Positions 55,313-64,000 of a DNA stretch of 64,000 bases are shown here, in pieces. The stretch is from Octopus sinensis (lineage: Eukaryota). A model generated the notes under the pieces. The model saw only the letters and a program-made list of their open reading frames with translations. It made no database searches and had not been told where the DNA came from. A program made the translations under genes and the position numbers. Within the stretch, counting starts at the first letter, position 1. The number at the start of each line of letters is the position of its first letter. Where the stretch lies: contig NC_043001.1 of NCBI RefSeq assembly GCF_006345805.1, positions 68,014,001-68,078,000 of the forward strand, read 5' to 3'.

Positions 55313-55334
55313 TTATCTATCTATCTATCTATCA

Positions 55335-58121
55335 ATCACCCATACACAACACCATCGGGTCACATCAAAATACTATATATCTCCAGAAATCAGCACCACA
55401 TACTAAAAGGCATTTTCCCCAGTGCGGTTGGTAAATGCTAAAAATACCTCACGAAGAAACTTTATTGGGATCTCCTCGAGGACAAAGCAAAGGAGAAGAA
55501 AGCAAAAACTTTAGAGCAGTAAGTAACCCTCTGTTCCTTTCGCTTGTATTCTAATTCACTAGGATTATGATCAAGATTGGTTATGTAAATGCGCGTGGCT
55601 TGGGGTCCCCTTGGAAACAAGGGTACCTTTTAAATGGCATAAAGTCACACAAGTTAGAAATCATAGCCATAAGTGAGACCAGACCCCACAATCCGCGGGC
55701 CGTAAAGACCATATTTGGCGGACAGTTCAACATTTATTTTCCCCCCTGTCTGCCAAGAATGGGCGGTAGTGGCACCGCGGTACTTTTTCGCAAGAGTCTG
55801 GATCTCAATGTAAAGACAATATTCGTAGACCCGGAGAGTAGACTGGTCGTCCTGGATGTCGACCGCAGCAATGGGTGCGCTTTTCGACTCGTATCAGTCT
55901 ACGCACCGCATTTAACAGGTCGGGTGGATTTCTTTCAACGCCTAGAAGTACTCTTGGGAACGTCTCGTCCTTTACTCTTAGTGGAATGCAACCTTGGAAA
56001 CGCATGTAGACTACGTGGGCAGAGATAGGAATAGACGGGGATGCAAATGCCTCAGAGACCTGCTCAGACGCTTTCAACTGTCTGACAGGTACCGCCTAGA
56101 CCACCCGAATGCGCCAACGTGGACATGGAACAACCGCATCGGGTCGTCAAGATCGTGTCTAGATAGGATACTGTGTAGGACAGTAGATAGAGATAGCGTA
56201 GGATGTCCACAATTCCACATAGCTACATGGATTACAAACTTGTGACATGTACGCTAGACTTAGGTAAGACACATAGGCAGGGTCCCGGATACTGGAAACT
56301 AAACGCTTCTTTCCCTCGAGACAGGTTTTCAGAGACCGGATTAGCACATTAGTAAAGAGGGCTTTGAAGGGAGCCATCATCGACAACAAATGGTGGTTTG
56401 CCCTCAAGAGAGCAGTAAAAGCAGAAGCGATTAGGTACAGCAAAGCACTAGCCATAGATAGAAACAGAGTAGAGAGTGAGCTAGTTAAGAAGCTAGAAGA
56501 GGCAATTAGAAGCGGCATCGCATCCCACGTTTTGGCGGCGAGGTTGGCCCTCGACCAACACTTCAACGCCAAACACGAAGGGTGTGTTGTCAGAGCTAGG
56601 ATGCGTGCTCTAAGGAACGGAGGTGTTGGAGCCGCGAGAGAGTGGCAGAGGCGCAACAGGGTAACAAAGCCACCATTCGGTCTCTGGTAGATGAACAGGG
56701 GCGCGAATTGCTCGAGCCAATTAAAATGTGAGGCCTTTCAACAGCATTTTGCCCGACTGTTCGGGACGAGTGGCGGGCAAAAACGTAGGGTGGACTTCGG
56801 TGCCTACCTACACAGTCTACCACGACTCTCGACAAGAGAGGCAGGGCACTGCGAAGGTGCCATCACGACGGCGGAAGTGCAGGACGCGATGCTCGAGGGA
56901 CAAATCGCCGGGTTTGGATGGTCTACCCTACGAGCTTTACAGTTGTATGGCAGAGTTGTTTGGAGACGTCTTGGCAGTGGTGTACTGCAACTGGCAGCAA
57001 AACGGGAGCATTCCTGGTTTTGTGAGCCGAGGAGCCGTAACACTGCTGAAGAAAGATCTAAACAAGGGGAATGTAATAGATAACTTTAGGCCCATCACTC
57101 TGCTTAATGCAGACTTGAAAAGTTTGGCCAAGGTGTTAGCCAAGAGGTTGGCGCTTGTCATCGAGAAACTGGTCGACAAGGCGCTAACGTGCGCCGTGCC
57201 GGGCCGGAGCATCCATGACAACCTCCACCTGATGCGCTACATCATAGACAGGGTAGTTAAGGAACCTGGCATAGGTGGGGCGCTGATCAATTTAGATCAA
57301 TCGAAAGCTTTCAATGGGGTAGACCATCGATACTTGGAGGCTTTCCTAAGAGCGTCTGGTTTCAGTCTCGTCTTTGTACACAGGCATCCGTTCGGTAATT
57401 CGCGTAAATGGACATCTATCAAGACCTTTCGACATCGCACGTTCGGTCTGTCAGAGATGCCCCCTCTCGTCGCTTCTCTACGTATTGACTCTCGAGCCAT
57501 TATTGCGGAAGCTGGCAACTCTGAGGGGCATCCCGCGAGAATTGGGATGCGAGACGAGCGTGTCTGCAAACGCGGACGACGTCACCGTCATAGTGTCTAG
57601 CCACGATCACGTCGAGCAGGTCGGCGAGACACTGAAAGACTATGAAGCAGTGACAGGAGCGAAAATCAACCGGGAAGAATCAGTGGGCTTGCGACTCAGC
57701 ACCTGGAGAAGCAAGCCCATGCCGTCCACCAGCGCCGCCGTCGTGAGACGCTGGACCGACGGTCTGATCGAGTTGCTTGGGGTCTGGTTTGGTCCAGACC
57801 TCCAAATGGAGAAGAACTGGAACGAGATAACGAGTAGGGTGGTCACTCTCGCCCGGCAATGGACCGAGAGGAAACTGTCCCTAAAAGGTCGGGCGGAGGT
57901 GGCGAACTCGTACATTACGTCCGTAATCTACTACCGTCGTGCCTTGCCCCGACCCTACCATCACCAAAACTAGAACGCATTCTCTTTCGCTTCTTGTGGA
58001 AAGGATACGTTCCGATGGTCAGGCGATCCATTTGCTGTCAACACCCGTTAAACACTGGGCATGCCGTGGTTGATGATACGCAGACACGCGCTGAGACTGC
58101 GACATCTCAGGCTCTACGTAG
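55335..58121 (+). mobile_element. Second Tx1-type LINE copy: ORF2 APE and RT (frameshifted), 3'-truncated
   Basis: IKIGYVNARGL, AISETR, LVSVYAP, TWTWNN...CLDRIL, KSPGLDGLPYELY, NFRPITLLNADLK, LDQSKAFN, CPLSSLLYVL, ANADDVTV. 57806-58121 repeats 53742-54070. Confidence 0.92.
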
Positions 58122-58984
58122 ATCAACTATGTTTGGGCGTATTCGAACCCGTAAGAAAGCCATTCACTTTGTTTTGTCATGGAGAAAATTTCTCGCTGTC
58201 GACAAATAGTGTAAATACACCTAAAAGTCGGGTCGTAGCTCCACCTACCAGATTGAAATGCAAATATTTCAGAGAGGTTGTCCCTCTTCAGTGACAGAAA
58301 CCGGACAGGGTGCCCCACGAGCTGATAAAAGAAATTGTCTCTCTCATGATATTCCCGTTATCGTTCAAAGTCTGTTAGCGTCAATGGGTGGCTCACCATA
58401 AACAAATTACGGTGTAGCAGCACTAAGCAGTGATGTATATAAATACAAGGTTATTACCTGTTCAAGTATGTTTGGGGCATATTCAGACCCATAAGAAAGC
58501 CATTCACTGTGAAAATTTCTCGCTGTACACAATCTTTAGGTGTATTTTTAAGTGTATTTACATCATTTACACAACGAGAATTTGCCCCGTTTTATAAACT
58601 GAGTGAAATGGTGAGAGAATATAGCGATGAAGACGTTTAAAGAGTGACCCGAGGAGGTACATTCTGCATCCGTGATATAAGGTAATTGACTGCAGAACAT
58701 CTCACCAATGAATTACAGATTTGAGAATGCGTCGAAACTATTATGGTGATTTTGAACGAAGGATATCGTTAACCATATTTTCTGTCTTTGATCTATTTAT
58801 ATAAGCTCTACAGACACGCTGGAGTTCATGAAGTATATCTAGTCGCACGTGCATTTCTACTGTATGATGAAATCAGGCAGCCATTAACTGTGAACGAGCT
58901 TTGCATAGCATTGTACAAGGTTTTTACTCAAATTTCACCCAATTCACAACTAAAGAAATTCTATCCACCAATGCGGTGCTGAGC

Positions 58985-60700
58985 ACTCATTTTCTCTCTT
59001 GAGTCTTGCATGCGTTATCCTGCCCTCTTCACACGCTTTTACTCCACTGCGCACTTTTGTTCGCCAGCCAGTTCGATCCGAAGAAAAGGTTTCTATGTCC
59101 TCTGGTTTCAATTCCAACTGACTTAATAGTAGTCCTTATGCCATCCTTAAACATCTTTTTAGGTTTACACCAATAGCGTTTCCCCTCTGCAAGTTCACCA
59201 TCAAACAGCTGTTTGGTACGTTCATCCGCCATTCGAACAATATGGTCACACCATCTCATTTATCTTTCAGAATCATTGATTTAATTGAAGTTATGCCTGC
59301 AGACGTAAGAACATCTGTGTTTGGAGTAAAAGAACTCCATTTAATATTTAAAATGCGATGAAGGAAGTTTTGGTGGGATTGTTCTAACAATTTGAAATGT
59401 CTTTCATAACATGTCCAAGTTTCAGAAAAATGCAACAGATTTGTAAAGATTCGATTTTGTGTTTGTTATTTATATGTCGTTAGCGCCAAACGCATGACTT
59501 CAAACCACAAATGCTTGTGCTGCCCTTTGAATTCGCAAATGTATTTCTGTGAGCAGATTTTCGTCATTTTGTACAGAGCTTCCAGGGTAGATGAAAGAAT
59601 CAACAACCTCAAGTAACTTACTATGAACAAAAATTTTAGGGTTGTTGCAACAGCATCACGTGCAGGTTGATACAATACAACTGTTTTTTTTCAATTTGAT
59701 GGTCAAGCCCAAATCATCACAAACTGAGTCAAATGCAGACACAAGAGATTGCAGACTTGTTTCGGAATGACTGACAAGATCGCAATCGTCAGCGAATAAG
59801 GGTTCCCTAATGAGTGAGGTAAAAACCTTCGTTTTGAATTTCAGTCTGCTCAGATTAAAAATATTCCCTGTTGTTCGATATTTTATGTAAATACACTTCT
59901 CAGAGGTTTGAAAAGCATGTGACAAAATAACAACAAAGTATATTGCAAATAGGGTGGATGTATCAAGGTCTCCTTGCTTTATTCCATTTTCCACGGCAAA
60001 TGATTCAGAGAGCCTACCACCAAAGTTAACTCTAGCTTTCATATCTTGATGCAAATCTCTGATCATGTTTACAAATTTTTCTGGGCAACCTATTTTCCTT
60101 AGAATTAGCGACAGAGCATTTGATTAACAGTATCGAATGCTTTGCTCAAATCAACAAGGCATTCGATTAAAATTATCGAATGCTTAGCTCAAATCAACAA
60201 AGCAATGGTATAGGGCAAGATTTTGTTCAATGCACTTTTCCTGAAATTGTCTGATAGTAAAAATACAATCAACTGTGCTCCTGGAAAAGTGAAAAGCACA
60301 TTGAGACTCAGACACCATATTTGGAACTATGAAGGGATTCAAATGTTCTAACTGAATGCGGGCAAGTACCTTTCCAACCAAAGACAAAAGCCAAAATTAC
60401 CACACAGATCCCTTGGCCCCAATTTATACAAGGAGACTAAAATGGCATCAATCCAGTCTTGAGGCACTTTCTCAGTTCTCCAACAATGACAAATTAATAT
60501 GTTCAAGAGTTCAAACATTTTGTCACCCCCATATTTCAAGACCTCTGCACAGATTCCATAAGATCCTGGAGATTTATTGTTATTCAGCTTATTCAGAGCT
60601 AGATAAATGCGCACCAAAACGAAGACTTTTGAAATATAACCCCAAATGTAATTGGCAGAACCACATGCATGTTCAATCTCATGCGGACGTCTCGTGTATA
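58985..60700 (-). mobile_element. Degraded RTE-clade LINE RT region
   Basis: KSPGSYGICAEVLKYGG, ESQCAFHFSRSTVDCIFTIRQFQEKCIEQN, ENGIKQGD, LFADDCDL, RWCDHIVRMADER. Confidence 0.9.
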
Positions 60701-60728
60701 GTTCTGTGAATTATATTTTACTATGACG

Positions 60729-60799
60729 ATCACACTGATGATTTTCGGACATTTACGTAAGTATTACGTAAGTGGTAACAATGAAACCGGGTTTGTGAT
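60729..60799 (+). ncRNA. Type I hammerhead motif
   Basis: aucaca-CUGAUGA-[long stem II with cauuuacguaa/uuacguaagug]-GAAA-ccgg-GUU-ugugau. Perfect 6-bp stem I; base of stem II damaged. Confidence 0.7.
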
Positions 60800-60980
60800 T
60801 AATCTTTATATTTTGTATCTTTTCATTTGTCTTGCTCGCTTACGTTCTGACATTTGCTGAATTTTCTTGAGAACAATCTTTTCTTAGTGGTCAGACCATA
60901 CGGGGTCTACCTCTAGCATAATGGATGTCCACTTAGTGGTCATCCCACTTATATGTGTGTAATACATACATACATACATG

Positions 60981-61038
<58 letters not shown>

Positions 61039-61124
61039 ATATTATATATATATATATTATATATATATATATATACATATATATGTACATATATATATAT
61101 ATATATATATATACATACACACAC

Positions 61125-61169
<45 letters not shown>

Positions 61170-62055
61170 AGGAAGTCAATTTGTAGACAGAAGTTACAAA
61201 CCCCGTTTGAGCGAATAAAGCTCTAGAAGAAAAAAAGCTTGAGTGAAAAAACTTGAACCGCTTTAGGATAGCTTTTTGTAACGCACGACCGCTCAGTGGC
61301 GTGGTTGAAATCTCATTGGTTAGTAATAAAGGCTTATCGGCTGTATCTGGCCCATAGCGGCCATACGTACGCATGCGCGACCGCACGCACAACGTTTTTC
61401 GATAGAGGGAGAAATGTAAATAGTGTAAATAGACGGAGTTCAAAAAATTTTAAATAGGTAAAGTTATGTTGTAGGGAGAACGTACAAATACCGTATAGAC
61501 AACGATAGTTATGCATGACGAAACTGAAATACTCTGAAGTCAATTTTTAGGCAGATGTAGCAAAACTGAATTTAAACACACTGGGTGAAAAAAATAAAAA
61601 TTGAGAACATACAAAACCGTAACAACAGAGATTTTTACGCATGACTAATTGAAATACACAGAAGCCAATTTGTAGACAGAAGTTAGTAAGTGTATGAGTG
61701 AGTTAGAGAGATAGAGATAGAGAAAGAGAGAGAGAGTGAGAGAAACAAGCATAGACTAAAAAATAGGAACTATTACAGAGGGTGAGAGAGAATGTGTTAG
61801 CAAGAGAAACAGAGAATGAAAGAGAGAGAGAGAGAAAGAAGGGAAAAGGGAGAGAATCGATTGAACACTGTAGTTTTTAGAGAAAAACCTGTGTAAAACA
61901 TCGTTTTCCCGGTTTCTCGCTTTATGCGGGAACTCTGGGCAAAATGTTATAGTGCATGATCATCTTTCACAATAAGTAATGTGTGTGTGTAAAGTATGGT
62001 GAAAATCATCAGTTGAAAACTATAGAAATGCATAATACTACACACACACATCCTT

Positions 62056-62129
<74 letters not shown>

Positions 62130-62925
62130 AGTTGCGGCCAAAATGTTCAGAACGGCATTGTTTTCGTCAGAAAAGTAGGCATAATTTTTTTATCAAAGTT
62201 GTTTTATATTCCATAATTTTCACAGATAATAAATACGATATTATTTGTTATTGTCTGAGATTTTGGTGTAATTTGAGAGGATAATACAAAAGCTATGGAT
62301 GATTTAGTGATTTACTGCAAAACCCATGGCATTATTGACATGAATTTATTGAGTTTCATATCTATGTCTTACATAGAGAGGCTTTTAGGCCAATCCTGCT
62401 GGAGTATGTGCTTTCCAAATGACTTCCAGTCAGCCTTTTAGAAATTTAAGCTGGATAGGGTTTGAGCGCCATCTGTGCGGAGTTTATCTTTAGTTAATTC
62501 CGGACCATACATTGTTAGTTCTTTTATGTATGGTCTGAGAATATTGCCGGTCATCCATCCAACCGTGCACACAGTTGCATGCATATTGATTGACTTGTCT
62601 TCAGCGGGCTCGAACAAGTGTATACGTGATTACGAAACGAATTCATTAAGCACACGTTCATGGTGACATCTATTGAGATAAGTATGGATGGGTCAGTATA
62701 TATACAAGTATACATGCATATATAAATACAAACACCTTACTTTGTGTGTGTGAGTGTATGTGTATATACACGTATATGTATGCCTGTATTTATCTATGTA
62801 GGTGTCAATCTGTGTGTGTGTGTATTTACACGCACAAAATACTCAAAGATGCTGGTATTTATATATATAGTAATTGCTCTCTCTCTCTCCTCTCTCTCTC
62901 TCTCTGTGTCTCTCTCTGTCTGTCG

Positions 62926-62991
<66 letters not shown>

Positions 62992-62992
<1 letters not shown>

Positions 62993-63335
62993 AAGGGTAA
63001 AGACCCCCTTCGGTCATGAGTGACCATGGGATTGCACCTAGAAAGTTACCCTCCTAGACACAAGTCCGGGCAAGGTTGTTTATGGAAGACCAGCAGTCGC
63101 CCATGCATACCAGCCTCCCCTCTCCACGCTACCAGTGTTATCCAAGGGAAAGACAAAGGTCGATACAGCTTGGCACCAGTGACGTCGCAACTCATTTCTA
63201 CAGCTGAGTGAACTGGAGCAACGTGAAATAAAGTGCCTTGCTCAAGAACACAACGCGCAGCCCGGTCCGGGATTCGAGCTCACAACCTCACGATCGTAAG
63301 CTCGACGCTCTAACCACTGAGCCATGCGCCTTCAC
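62992..63335 (-). mobile_element. tRNA-derived SINE (family of 1440-1768)
   Basis: Minus strand GAAGGCGCATGGCTCAGTGGTTAGAGCG...GCTCGAATCCCGG tRNA-like head. Confidence 0.88.
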
Positions 63336-63336
63336 T

Positions 63337-63382
<46 letters not shown>

Positions 63383-63384
63383 TG

Positions 63385-63415
<31 letters not shown>

Positions 63416-63861
63416 GTGCTTTGGTTTTACTGGGATCTCCCTTTTAAGTAGAAAGAATAGCCAAAACATTTTGACTGCTATTTCTAAATTCGGTGTGTGG
63501 TGAGGCAAATCGTTGCTGAACCCTTAATTAATTAGTATTACTTAAACCTTCCTTGAATGGGTCTTTTACATGCCGAACTCTACTTGGTGAAATTAATGAT
63601 TATTTCTAAATTAATTAATTGATTTCACCCTTTATTATTGATAATTGTATTTCTTCCCAGTAAAAAACTGTAGCATCTTATTTTGGCAACACGCTGGCGG
63701 AAGGGGAAGGTGACTCACTTCCATTCACCCTTTGAATTTGGCTGTACTGGCAAGAATTACGCTCGCTCTGATACCATGAGTTGAGGTGATGTCTTCTAGT
63801 GCCTTCAAATTTAATACACAATTATTAATAATTGAGACGCAATAATTTATAATTGAAGAGT

Positions 63862-63952
63862 CCTACGCTGAGGAGGAAAATAGTAAGGTAAGACATAATT
63901 ATTTAATTTTTATACTCTGCTATGACTTAATTCCGAAACGTGCGTCCGTAGG
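63862..63952 (+). ncRNA. Type I hammerhead ribozyme motif, intact core
   Basis: ccuacg-CUGAGGA-ggaa...uucc-GAAA-cgugc-GUC-cguagg. 6-bp stem I, 4-bp stem II base, GUC triplet. Confidence 0.85.
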
Positions 63953-64000
63953 TAAGTTAATATAGAATGATTTTCGTCATTTCTTTCTCTTTTGCCTGCA

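Noticed and set aside
62380-62480. LINE remnant on the minus strand (LNF*KADWKSF)
   Set aside because: Only one short motif; insufficient support.
63255-63335. tRNA genes (also at 47693 and 33826)
   Set aside because: The A/B boxes are SINE heads that continue into SINE bodies; no complete cloverleaf.

Overview
Eukaryotic, AT-rich, microsatellite-saturated intergenic or intronic DNA. The SINE families and repeat landscape look like a coleoid cephalopod, probably Octopus (recognition from memory, not a search). I found no host protein-coding exon; most listed ORFs are translations of simple repeats. Real coding remnants all belong to mobile elements: a near full-length RTE LINE (17.6-21.7 kb) plus older RTE fragments, R4/Dong-type RLE LINE pieces in (AAT)n, two abutting Tx1-type LINE copies in (TATC)n, two Tc1/mariner elements, a Penelope-like (PLE) RT-GIY-YIG element, a non-autonomous Helitron and many tRNA-derived SINEs. 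The most striking unannotated signal is a dense set of type I hammerhead ribozyme motifs: about 8 with an intact catalytic core and about 12 decayed, from several unrelated sequence families and on both strands. They sit mostly in short non-coding units beside (TA)n or (TATG)n tracts, and several form long inverted repeats. In one case the inverted arm ends exactly at the predicted self-cleavage site. Also notable are a six-fold CCAAT+CRE array upstream of a TATA box, other isolated CRE clusters, apparent microsatellite-specific targeting by different LINE clades, and several short local templated duplications.
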